Assembly (NCBI RefSeq): GCF_009914755.1
Contig: NC_060936.1
DNA length: 64,000 nucleotides
DNA from: the human T2T-CHM13v2.0 reference genome, Homo sapiens
Reading direction: 5' to 3' (one strand)
In this document: in pieces, positions 17,289 to 30,135 of the stretch
How the letters are laid out: each line of letters begins with the position of its first letter
Numbering within the stretch: the stretch's first letter is position 1
Translations under genes and position numbers: made by a program
The notes under the pieces: generated by a model
Seen by the model: the letters and a program-made list of their open reading frames with translations, nothing else
Database searches by the model: none
Told to the model about the DNA's origin: nothing

Positions 17289-18129
17289 GATGCCAGTACT
17301 GGCCCATCCTTGTTTTGTCCCCAACCCTAGGGCTTCTCTGATTCCAGGATACATTACTTTAGCTGAACTCAGATTTAGTGCAAGTAAAATGTTAGAGGGT
17401 GCGGGGGTGAGGACTGACCACAGATTCCCTGGATAGTGTAGTGGTAGATTTCTCCACAGGATAGCGCAATTGGCAAATCATGCTTGGTTGTGTTAGGCCA
17501 AAATACTAGTTTTGCTTTCTTTACCTTTTCTATCTTGATGAAAATGTTGCACATTCTATAGTTGCAAAACACATAAAAGGGGACTTAACATTTCACGTTG
17601 TATCTTACTTGCAGTGAATGCAAGGGTTACTTTTCTCTGGGGACCTCCCCCATCACCCAGGTTCCTACTCTGGGCTCCCGATTCCCATGGCTCCCAAACC
17701 ATGCCGCATGGTTTGGTTAATGAAACCCAGTAGCTAACCCCACTGTGCTTCCACATGCCTGGCCTAAAATGGGTGATATACAGGTCTTATATCCCCATAT
17801 GGAATTTATCCATCAACCACATAAAAACAAACAGTGCCTTCTGCCCTCTGCCCAGATGTGTCCAGCACGTTCTCAAAGTTTCCACATTAGCACTCCCTAA
17901 GGACGCTGGGAGCCTGTCAGTTTATGATCTGACCTAGGTCCCCCCTTTCTTCTGTCCCCTGTGTTTAAGTCGGGATTTTTACAGAGGGAGCTGTCTCCAG
18001 ACAGCTCCATCAGGAACCAAGCAAAGGCCAGATAGCCTGACAGATAGGCTAGTGGTATTGTGTATATGGGCGGGACGTGTGTGTCATTATTATTTGAGTT
18101 ATGCTGTTGTTTAGGGGTAAATAACAGTA

Positions 18130-18161
<32 letters not shown>

Positions 18162-18185
18162 AAGGAGCTGACGTTCTTAGCCTTG
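17289..18185 (+). other. HSPB8: HSPB8 3' UTR
   Basis: Unique sequence from the stop codon to the AATAAA/GU-rich element; 3' end approximate. Confidence 0.8.
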
Positions 18186-18198
18186 TGTGGTTCTTTTA
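18158..18198 (+). terminator. HSPB8 polyadenylation signal (AATAAA) with GU/U-rich downstream element
   Basis: AATAAA at 18158-18163 ends a (TAA)9 run; TTGTGTGGTTCTTTT lies about 20 nt downstream. Confidence 0.8.
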
Positions 18199-18235
18199 AT
18201 GAGGAACTAAATGTAATACCACCTAGATATACAAC

Positions 18236-20080
18236 ATCAGTTAGCAATGCTGTGGCTTAAAGTAATGTTGCGCGGAGCCGCGATGCCTAAAGGAGGGAGA
18301 AAGGGAGGCCACAAAGGCTGGGCGAGGCAGTATAGGAGCCCTGAGGAGATCGACGTACAGCTGCAGGCTGAGAAGCAGAAGGCCAGGGAAGAAGAGGAGC
18401 AAAAAGAAGGTGGAGATGGGGCTGCAGGTGACCCCAAAAAGGAGAAGAAATCTCTAGACTCAGATGAGAGTGAGGATGAAGAAGATGACTACCAGCAAAA
18501 CCGCAAAGGCGTTGAAGGGCTCTTCAACATCGAGAACCCCAACCAGGTGGCACAGACAACCAAAAAGGTCACACAACTGTATCTGGATGGGCCAAAGGAG
18601 CTTTCGAGGAGAGAACGAGAAGAGATTGAGAAGCAGAAGGCAAAAGAGCGTTACATGAAAATGCACTTGGCCGGGAAGACAGAGCAAGCCAAGGCTGACC
18701 TGGCCCGCTGGCCATCATCCGGAAACAGCGGGAGGAGGCTGCCCGGAAGAAGGAAGAGGAAAGGAAAGCAAAAGATGATGCCACATTGTCAGGAAAACGA
18801 ATGCAGTCGCTCTCCCTGTATAAGTAACCGCGACCCATGGGAGGAGATGCCGGGGACCTGGGCCGCGCTGCCAGGACCTCTGCTGTGTCTCGCCCACCCT
18901 GTGCCCTGGCGCCGCCGCAACAGCCCCTCGTGGCCAGGAGCCCCCCATGGCCTGGGGCCTCCTCTTCATTTTGGCACAGAAATTGTTTGGGGGATGTGGG
19001 GGGAGCTGGGGGAGGGGCAGTTGCTATCTTTGAGACAGAAAGATGAGGGACAGCATTTCACATGTAACCATTTGAATGTTTTTGCTGTTTTTAGAATTCA
19101 GAGCCCTTGCTGGGGGGTGCCTGGGAGATGGGGTAAGAAGAGCTTTCATTTTTCTGGTAGATAGCATGTAAGGGGGTGGTTGTCCCAGGAGGCAGCTGCT
19201 GACAGGTTTGCTACACCCAGCCCCGGACTGTGTTGCCTAGGTGCTCATTCAGAGAGGGGCTGTCATCTGGGAGCCTGTGCCCCTGGGTCCTCGAGGGTTA
19301 TGGCTTGTCCCTGGTCAGTCCTGTCTGATCGAGGCCTCGCCTCTCTGCCCCTCCCTGCCCAGTTCCTACCCACCTGGCTAAGGCCAGTGCCCATTTTTAA
19401 CCCTACCCATTGATCATTTCAAGAAACCTCTGTTTACTGTGTGGCACCCAGGCAAAACATGTTCCACAAGTTCAACTTGTATATTTGGCAGATTAAACTT
19501 GACATTATCGTAAAAAAATAAAAATAAAAAATATAAAAAATAAAGTAATGTTGCCTGATGAACAGTGGCTTAAATGATATAAATAGCTGTTTTCTAACTT
19601 CACAAAAAGTTTAGAGGTAAGTAGATACACAGTTTTTTTTTCAGCTGTTATGCCACCAAGAGCCCAGGATATTTCCATTTTTTTCTCTGCCATCTCTGAC
19701 AAGTGTACATAGTCACAGTCTATCCTCATGGTTACAAGATGGCTGCAGCAGCTCCAGGCATCTCATCCTCATATGACAATGTATGGGGAATAGAAGGAAG
19801 TCATAAAAAGGTATTATCACCTAGCTTCTTTTATCAGTGAGCAGGATATCGTCCAGAAGCTCCCAGCAGACTTCTTTTTCTATCTCATTGGCCAAAAGTG
19901 GGTCACATGCCTACCCTGAGACCAATTTCTGCCAAAAGGGAAAAGGATGGTCATGACAGGCTTGGATCAACATCTTCTGAGGCCTGCAACATTGCTACCT
20001 GAACAAAACAAGGTTCTGCTAGGAAGGAGGAAAGAGGCCTAGCAGCTCTGAGGGCAGTTAACAGTGCTGTGGCTGCCACG
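18236..20080. mobile_element. Old MaLR LTR (MLT1K/L-like) interrupted by the PDAP1 retrocopy
   Basis: tcagttagcaatgc...[insert]...aacagtggcttaaa...cctcatggttacaagatggctgcagcagctccaggcatc...cattggccaaaagtgggtcacatgcc resembles the MLT1K consensus. Confidence 0.55.
18272..19540 (+). pseudogene. Processed pseudogene of PDAP1 (PDGFA-associated protein 1/HASPP28)
   Basis: Intronless [12 protein letters not shown]...KADLAR from ATG 18283; 1-bp deletion near 18707; parental stop TAA at 18825-18827 (545 nt vs 546); 3' UTR, ATTAAA 19492-19497, A-rich tail 19512-19540; TSD TAAAGTAATGTTGC at 18258-18271 and 19541-19554. Confidence 0.95.
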
Positions 20081-20494
20081 GGTTTGGATGCTGCCAGGAA
20101 CACAGATCCCTGACTGTAGGGTGGGAGGGAGAAGGGCTGCTGTGGTAAGTGCCAGGAGACCCAACTCAAACTAATTTAAACCAAAAGGGGTTTTTATTGG
20201 TGCACATAGCTGAGAAGTCTGGGATAAGAGCTGCTTGCTAGGAGAGCTGGATTCGGGGCACTAATGCTATCAACAGAATTGTTTCCCTCCATCTGACGTG
20301 GCCCTGCAGTAGTGGCTTCATTGCCACTCTCCCTGTTGCCCCCGCTTCCCACGCTCTCAGCCCTCCATGCCCCATGTCCTCTCATCGGGGCCACAAGGTA
20401 GCTGCAGTCACTACAGCTCCACAATCCACATTCCAGTCCTGAGGGAGAAAAGCCAGTCTTCTCCCACAGCGTCTGCCATTTTGGATAGTGATTC

Positions 20495-20802
20495 TTTTTT
20501 TACTTTTTTTTTTTTAGACAGAGTCTTACATTTTGTCACGCAGGCTGGAGTGCAGTGGAGCTATCTCTAGTTCACTGAAAGCTCTGCCGTCCAGATTTAA
20601 GCGATTGATTCTCCTGCCTCAGCCTCCCAAGTAGCTGGGACTACAAGCACCCAATACCACGCCCAGCTAATTTTTGCATTTTTAGTAGAGACAGGGTTTC
20701 ACCATGTTGGCTAGGCTGGTCTGGAACTCCTGACCTCAAGTGATCCACCTGCCTCAGCCTCCCAAAGTGCTGGGATTACAGGCGTGAGCCACAGTGCCCT
20801 GC
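20495..20802 (-). mobile_element. AluS
   Basis: Antisense Alu. Confidence 0.9.
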
Positions 20803-21276
20803 TACTTATTCCAGAGTCATTCTTAGTGGACCAGCCTGATCATATGATCATCCCTGAGCCAAGTGTAGGTCAAGAAATCAGTGCTTTGATTGGCCAGGCC
20901 TGGGTCACACGCTCCATCCCTGCAGTCAATCCCATTTAATCCCACAACATTCTAGGAAGTAGATGCTGTTATTTTTGCAATGAAAACACTTGAGGCCAAG
21001 AGAGAAGTGGCCTGGGTAAGTCACGTGATGACAGCAAAACTTGAACTTATATGTTTTATTTTGGAAGGTCAATAAGGAGCTACTGGGCTGCTTCTCAAGG
21101 ACACCTCCAAAACCCCCAAAAGACAGCAAAATAAGTGACTGAACACCCACTCTGCTGGGTCCTGTACTAGGAGCCAAGGGCATAGCAAACCATGAGTTGC
21201 AATCCCAGCCTGCAAAGCGCTGTCAGTTCAGTAGCAGAGACAGGCAAATAAAGAGTGGCCCTCACTGAATCTTTGA

Positions 21277-21677
<401 letters not shown>

Positions 21678-22837
21678 GAGGTAGGTCCAGCATTTATCTC
21701 CATTTTTCAGATAAGCAGAAGTGCCCTGCCCCAAATCATATACCTGGTAAGCAACTGGCCCAGGCAGCCTGACTTCAGGACCTTCACTCTTCACTATTAC
21801 TCTATTCTGACTTTCTCCTAACAAAGCAAAAGATGTGTGCCTTAAGTGAGTCCATCCAAATTATGGGAAGAGAAAAGAGGTGTTTCAGATTGGGGCTTTG
21901 CGGAGCGCAGGGGGATCAGGGGTGTCTTCTTAGAGAAGGGTTCACTTGTGGCAGGCTTGAGGATCAGGCACAGATATAGGACTTGAGCAAGCAGGGTTTG
22001 GGGCAGGGAGGTGCCTCACAGGCAGAAGAAAACACATGAGCCAAGGCAAAAGGCATGTTCCTTTTAAAATCCTTTCATGGTTCCCCATTGTTTACAGGAT
22101 TGAGTGCAGACTTCTTTGCAAGACTTATTAGGCTGCTGGATCAGTCCCTGGGTGACCTTTTTCCACTACAGCTCAAACCCCTACTCTCTCCCTCCTGCCC
22201 CACCTAACTTCCCTCTGTTCCTCTAACCAGACAGGTGCTTTCTTGCTACCAGGACTTTGAATACACTACTCTCTCTCTTCCAAGGATTACTGTCCCACCC
22301 TCTTCATTGGCTAATTCTTTGGGGTCTCTGCTGGGTCTCCTACCAGGCAGGCCAGAGCCCCCTCTCACTTACCCTTATCCCAACACAACACATCATATTG
22401 TAACAGCCTAGGTATTTTTGTAGCAGATAAATAATAATAACAATAACAAAAATCAAAACTGATCCTAGCTACTCTGTTTTCAAGGAAGGGAGGAGGAATC
22501 ATTTCAAGCCTAGGGGAAAATCCTTACCCATCTGATATTTGCTCAACAAACATTTACTGGACACCTACCATGTGCAAGGCACTGGGCTGGGTGTTAGATA
22601 CTGTTTCTTCCCACTTTTAAGAGCCTGGTGAGAGGAGGAAAGTAAGATTGTTATTTCCAAGTTCTCTAGTTCTAGGCCACTGAATGGTGAGACCCCAAGC
22701 AGGTAGAGTAGAAGCCCATCCATGAGAGGGTTCCGGAGCCAAGGGCATGGAGAACCACACAGATCCTCCCAAGCAAGTGAGCAAGGGCTCTAAAGCAAGG
22801 GGGCCTGGCAACGTGTTGGATGGCTGGACTGTAGTGA

Positions 22838-23971
22838 TGTAACTGCCCAATGGGTTCACCTTGCCTGCTGCCTAGATACAGCTGATTTATCAAGACAGGT
22901 GAATTGCGGTAGTGAAAGAGTAGTTCACGCAGAGCCGGCTGTGCAGGAGAACTCAAATCAGTCTCTCTGAGCATTCGAGAATCAGAGTTTTTAAAGATAG
23001 TTTGGTGGGTAGGGACTTGGGATTTGGGGAGTACTGATTGGTCAGGTTGGAAATGGAATCACAGGGTGCCAAAGTGAGGTTTTCTTTCCTTCCTTCTTTC
23101 CTTCCTTCCTTCCTTCCTTCCTTCCTCCCTTCCTTCCTTCCTTCCTTCCTTTCCTCCTTCCCTCCCTCCCTCCGTCCCTTCCTTTCTTCCTTCCTTCCTT
23201 CTTTCCTTTCTTTCTTTCTTTCTTTTTTTTAGAAGGACCCTCTCTCTGTCACCCAGGCTGGAGTGCAGGCACACTGCAACTTCCGCCCCCCAGGTTCAAG
23301 TGATTCTCCTGCCTCAGCCTCCTGAGTAGCTGGGATTACAGGCACCTGCCACTGTGCCCAGCTAATTTTTGTATTTTTAGTAGAGGCAGGGTTTCACCAT
23401 GGTGGCCAGGCTGGTCTTTAACTCCTGACCTCGTGATCCACCCACCCTGGCCTCCCAAAGTGCTGGGATTACAGGCGTGAGCCACCGCACCCAGCCGAGG
23501 TTTTCTTAATGTCTTCCGTTCCTGGGTGGGATGGCAGAACTGGTTGGGCCAGATTACCGTCTGGGTGGCGTCAGCTGGTCCATCCAGGGCGAGGTCTGCA
23601 AAATATCTCAAGCACTGATCTTAGGTTTTACAATAGTGATGTTACCCCCAGGAGCAATTTGGGGAGGTTCAGACTCTTGGAACCAGAGGCTGCATGACCC
23701 TAAACTGTAATTTCTAATCTTGTAGCTAATTTGTTAGTCCTACAAAGGCAGACTGGTCCCCAAGCAAGAAGGGGGTCTTTTCAGGAAAGGGCTCTTGTCA
23801 AATTTGTGTCAGAGTCAAACCATGAACTGAATTCCTTCCCAAAGTTAGTTCGGCCTACACCCAGGAATGAACAAGGGCAGCTTTAGGGTTAGAAGCAAGA
23901 TAGAGTCGGTTAGGTCTGATTTCTTTCACTGTCACAATTTCCTCAGTTATAATTTTGCAAAGGCAGTTTCA
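22838..23971 (-). mobile_element. LTR8 solo LTR (ERV1) interrupted by an Alu
   Basis: tgtaactgcccaatgggttcaccttgcc ... tataattttgcaaaggcagtttca; 4-bp TSD GTGA on both sides. Confidence 0.8.
23085..23496 (-). mobile_element. Alu whose tail has expanded into a (TTCC)n/(TTTC)n microsatellite (23085-23230)
   Basis: Antisense Alu with a small internal deletion; TSD GAGGTTTTCTT. Confidence 0.88.
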
Positions 23972-26004
23972 GTGAGAGGTGATCAGTGAGGAAGGCCAGG
24001 TGGTGGGGGGAATCAGAAACTAAAATATGGTGCACAGTATTTAATTTTAAATTCTTTGCATTGTGGTATAAAACTCATATGCCAGTACCACTTTTAGGGA
24101 AGTCTTACACACCCTTAGGTGCTTAGTATGAGCGGTCTTGGTGGGTGAGGATGGATCAAGGTCAAGGATAGTCCAGAGCAAGGTAAATGGAGAGAATTCT
24201 TCATGGGCAGGAACTTGGAGACGGAACCACAAGAATGGTCTCCTGAGAGGCTCTTGGAGAGGGTACTTCATAGGAGTATGAGTCATTTTTATTTAAATAT
24301 CTCAAAAGAGTATGATTTTTCCCAGACACCCAGATAGTTCCCCTGGTAGACTACAGACAGAGAACACGCGTTGGTGCTTCTTTCCAGTATCCCTATCTCA
24401 TAACACAGTGCCTGGTGCAGAGGAAGCATTTCATACTTGCCAGATGGATACATGAATGGATTGATTGAACAAATAAAATCCAAACTCCATTCTACTGCCT
24501 TCAAAGTCCCACATGATCTGGCCCCTGTCCGGTCTCCAACTTCATCTCTTGGCCACCTTTCTGCTCCTCAGACACCATGGTCCTTCTCACCCCAGGGCCT
24601 TTGCATTCTCCTTTCCTTAGGTTGTGAACACTCGGCCCCCAGCTCTTTGACTGCCTTATTCCTATCCTAATTTCCTCAGATCTCCCCTCCCCAACCCTAC
24701 CCCTGCTTGCTCAAGTCTCACAATGTTGTGAGAGGCCTCATAATCACCACCTCCAATCACCGACTATTACATAGATCACATTGCTGTATTTCCATCAAAG
24801 CACTTCTGAGAATTGTGCTTGCTTGGTTGGAAACACACGTGCCTATTAAAACGTAAGCTACCCTCAACACACATCACTTGCATAGATACACCCTGGAATG
24901 GAAACTCCAAAAGAGTAGGCATTTTATTTGTCTGTCTTGTCCGCTACTGTCTTTTATGCTAAATGTAATGCTTGGCACATCAGAAACAATAAATATTTAT
25001 TAAATGGATGGATGAACAAATAAATGGTGAGTGTGGGTCACCCTGGGAAATTAGGCTAAAGGCATGATTTCAAAACCCAGAAACCTGGCTCATTTCCATT
25101 CTGAGAGGTTCGAGCTCAAAGACACAAGACTTGGCATCAAAATAGATGACTTGACCCTTCCCTGGAGATCTCCAATCAAATGACAGAGAAGTATTATTCC
25201 TGAGCTCTCACTTTGATGATACTGGGAGAGGAGATGCCCAGAACCTTCTTGCAGCCCCCTGCCTTGACCCAGCTCTGACAGAGCTTTATCCGCAGCACAC
25301 CTCCACCCCCTCCCAACTGCCTTCTAGCCAGCTGGCTGCCAATGGTGATGTATAGAGATGACTTGATTTGACCTTGAAGGGAAGAAACAAATTAATGTGT
25401 CTCAAAATAAATTCCGGCAATCGGTGGCTGGCTTCTCCTCCAACCCCTCCCTTCAGTGCTTCACGGGTAGTGCATCATAATGTGAAAATCAATACTGTCT
25501 CTTAAATGAGCCAACACCTGGAGCTGGCAGAATGTGGGGCTGCCTGGAGGTCCCCTCCCAACAAATGTCCTGGGCCTAGGAGTTGTTAGAAGCAGTGGGA
25601 GTCTCAAGGCCTGCTGTGGGCCCAGCTCTCAGGTTGCTGAAGGCTGGCTGAGCAAACCCACCTGTCCCATAGCTGGAAGGCCTCCCAGGTATAAGCAGAT
25701 GTGGGTTACCTGGTGGCTCCCTCGGGAAGGAGGAAGGCAGCCATGTGGAAGGGCATTGCCATTGCCGTTCTCTAAGGATGACTTGGATATGGGGGGCGGG
25801 GCAACAGAGGCTCCAAGTCTCACTACCCAACTCAGCAATTCGCTGTGTATTTACTGAGCACTTGTGCTTGGCACTAAATTCAAGTGGTATGCCCAGGTAC
25901 AGTATGCCAGTGTTCAAATAATGAAATACCTCATTACCGCTTGGTGAATAGCACTGCCTGAGCCTCTCAGGACCCCCAGGGTCCTGGCCTGTATCAAGCA
26001 TGTT

Positions 26005-26520
26005 TTCTTATTCTAATGCTTTGGCATTTGGATTCTGGCTAACCCTGGAGGGACTACCTGTCCCAGGGCCAGCCAATTTCTGGAGATAGAAAAGGACTCT
26101 CTGGGAGAGGAGCACATTTTTCATATGCAAACCAAACCCTCCAGAACCCAGACCCCCAACCATCTCCTTTATTGTGCTTTTCAGCCCTTGGCTCACTCTC
26201 CACCTGCCCTAATCACCCAGGGCCAGGAACCAGAGAAGCAGAGACAGCTCCTATGTCCCAGAGCCTGCTGCAATTATTCAAACGAGCCAATTCAAAACCT
26301 GCATGCCCTGCTTCACCCTTTCCTTCCCGCAGAAGCCATAATAAAGGCTCTTGCTCACATTTTCTTCTTACTCCCTCTGCCTCCTGAGGGACCCTGGAGT
26401 TTCCCTTTGTGGCTCCCCGTGGCGTGGGGTGCCCCCACTTCTTAGAATCTTTGAGTATAACAAGCTATGTTTTCAATGGCAATCTTCCCCTTTTCTGTTG
26501 TCCACATCTAAATAATGATA
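26005..26520 (+). mobile_element. MER74-like ERVL LTR
   Basis: tatgcaaaccaa...ccctaatcacccagggccagg...attattcaaac.agccaat...aataaaggctcttgc resembles the MER74 consensus. Confidence 0.6.
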
Positions 26521-26544
26521 GTACCTACAATTTTGTTTTTTCCT

Positions 26545-26857
<313 letters not shown>

Positions 26858-28109
26858 TAGCCACCGCCCCCATCACCTCCAACTCCCTCTAAGAATCAAC
26901 AGCTGAAGTGTTAATATCTCTTCAGCAGGAGGCCTTTGGACGAGTGGCTGTTCTGAAAGATCAGTGCCGTGTCCTACCAGCTAAAGATTTTGAATATCAC
27001 ACAAACACACACACACACACACACACACACTGGCCTACTATATGGCAGCTATAGCACTGGGCCTTGGGGAACACACACATGGGCCTCTGCCTGCACCCAG
27101 CCTGGATGTGGTAGTTACTGGGGGCTTCTAGGAAGAAATGGAAGAAATGATGTCCAGTCGAAACCTGAAGGGGGAGTAATAATAATAATGTTATTGAATG
27201 TTATTAGCTGCAAAGCACTGTCTATGCTCTTCACACTCATGTAATCTGTAGTCAACCCTGGAAGGCAGTTGATCCAGAAATGTGCCCAAGATCCCACAGC
27301 CTGGAAGAGATGAGCCAGTTTTAAACTACAGCAGGCTTATTCCAGACCAATGTGTTAGCTAGGCCAGGGAGCGGGGAGGGTGAAAAGAAGGGTTAAGAGT
27401 TTCTGGCAGAGGGAATGATAATGCTTGGATTTAGTAGGTGTGTGTTGTTTAAAACAAATGAAACCCTTAATTCTCACTCAGAGCTTCAGTTTCTTTATCC
27501 ATAAAATGGGAATAATTAATAATCACGTTTAATATCCCCCAAAGAATTGCTGGGATGATTGCAAGTTTGTAAAAAAAAACAGGGCTATTGCTTAGTTATT
27601 ATCACCATCCCAGCAGCTGAGAGAAGCAGAGAGAGCAGAGGAATGACAAGGACCAGCTGTCTTGGAAACGTTGCCTAGTGACCTGATATGGGACAATTTC
27701 ATTTTTCCTGTGCCTGCATGACACACCAGCTTGTTCTGGATCTGACAGTGACAGCTTACAAAATCCACAGCAGACACGATGACAGAGCTTACTACCAATA
27801 GGCAGGCATGTATGCACACACACACACACACACAGGCCCATACACACCTCAGATCTAAGCCAGCACAGACACAGTTGTTGGAGAACAAAGAATGTCTTTG
27901 CAGAAGGGACAGAAATGGAGACTTTCTGGCTGTGTCCAAGATTTCATGCTAGATCAGCAGTTCCTAGAGTGGATGCTATCAGCAGAAAAGGAGATGGGAA
28001 GAGTTCTGCAGTCAAATAAGTTTGGGAGGTGCTAGGTTAGACAAAGTTAAATACTCCTCTTTAGTCTGGTGATGTGCATTGTGAACCTCCAAGAGGAAGA
28101 TATAGCTGG

Positions 28110-28520
28110 TAGCTGTCATTGCATAAGAGATTACCCTAAAATTTAGTGACTTGAAACAGTAAACAGTTATGATTGCAGTTTCTGAGATTCAGGAATTCAG
28201 CTGAGGCTCAGCTGGATGAGCTTGGTTTAAATGAATCTGCAGTCAAGATGTTAGCAGGGACTGCAGCCATCTGAAGGCTAGACCAGGGCTGGAAGGTCTG
28301 CCTTTAAGTTCACTCTTGTGGCTGTTGGCTGGAGGCCTCAGTTCCTTACCACGTGGGGCTCTCCATGGGGATGCGTTAGAATCCTCATGATATGGCAGCT
28401 GACCTCTCTTAGAGCAAGTGAGCCAACAGAGAATGAGGCAGAAGCCCAACGTGTCTTTTGTGATCTATCCTCGAAAGTGGCTAGCATTACGCCTGCTATA
28501 TGCTTTTGGACAGCACCACT
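28110..28520 (-). mobile_element. MLT1 (F-like) LTR fragment
   Basis: ttaccctaaaatttagtgacttgaaaca...ggactgcagccatctgaaggc...ggaggcctcagttcct. Confidence 0.6.
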
Positions 28521-29067
28521 ATAAAGAAACCCTAGAGTGAATGTGAATTTGTTCCAACCTAAGGCAAGAGAGCTGGGCTTTAATGCTTCTGCACCCAACA
28601 CCCATTGTCTAGTATCTCCCTGGGGTGGAAGTGCGGCTGTGAACTCCCAGTCAGGACATAAACATCACGTCCTTTGACCCTGTGCCTAAAATGGCTCTAG
28701 TAGCCCCAGGGAAGTCCTCCACAGAAGAGTCACAGGTGCAAACTCATGGAAACAAAAGCACCCTGAGGCCAGGGGAGGCATATACAGAAACAGTAAAAGG
28801 GAGCTGGGGGATGCGGACTGCCCTGTCTGCTGCTTTTATATGCATGAATAAGTGGAAGTCAGAAGTGGTTCAATTGCAGGGCATCAGTTGGACAAACGGC
28901 TGAAACAGTATGCAACCACTAAATATCATGCTCCTGAAGATGATTTATTGTCACAGAAATAACATGGGAAGAGCCAGCCTCAAATAATCAGTATGTATGA
29001 TATTCCATTTAAAATAAATAAATTTAACTTTGCATTTCTATTTTGTTTTAAAATACCACTATTTCTT

Positions 29068-29670
<603 letters not shown>

Positions 29671-29772
29671 TTTTAAAACTTAAAATAAATACAATTTTGC
29701 TTTCTATTTTGTTTTAAAATCCACTATTTCTGTAAAGAAGTTGAGTGTTCACATTACTCTTTCCTTTGTGCT

Positions 29773-30135
29773 TGTTATGGACTGTGTGTTTTGTATCCCA
29801 CCAAAAATCACATGTTGAAATCCTAACTCCCAATGTGATCGTTTTAGGAGTTGGGTCTTTGGGAGGTGATTAGGCCATAAGAATGCAGCCCTCATGAATG
29901 GGATTAGCGCCTTTATAAAGGGGGCCCCAGAGAGCACTCTCATCCTCTTTCTCCCATGTGAGGGCACAACAAGAAGCTGGCAGTGTGCAACCTGAAGAGG
30001 GCCCTCACCACCACCCGACCATGCTGGCAGCCTGGCCGTGGGCTTCCAGCCTCCAGAACAGTGAGGAATAAATTTCTACTGTTTATAAACCACCCAGTCT
30101 GTGGTGCTTTATTATAACAGCCCGAACTAGGAGCA
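29773..30135 (+). mobile_element. MLT1A-like solo LTR
   Basis: tgttatggactg...gccctcatgaatgggattag...cagcccgaactaggagca; 5-bp TSD GTGCT. Confidence 0.8.

Noticed and set aside
18283-18827. Intact functional PDAP1 retrogene
   Set aside because: The 1-bp deletion removes the last 39 PDAP1 residues and several substitutions look like CpG decay; kept only as a pseudogene and read-through hypothesis.
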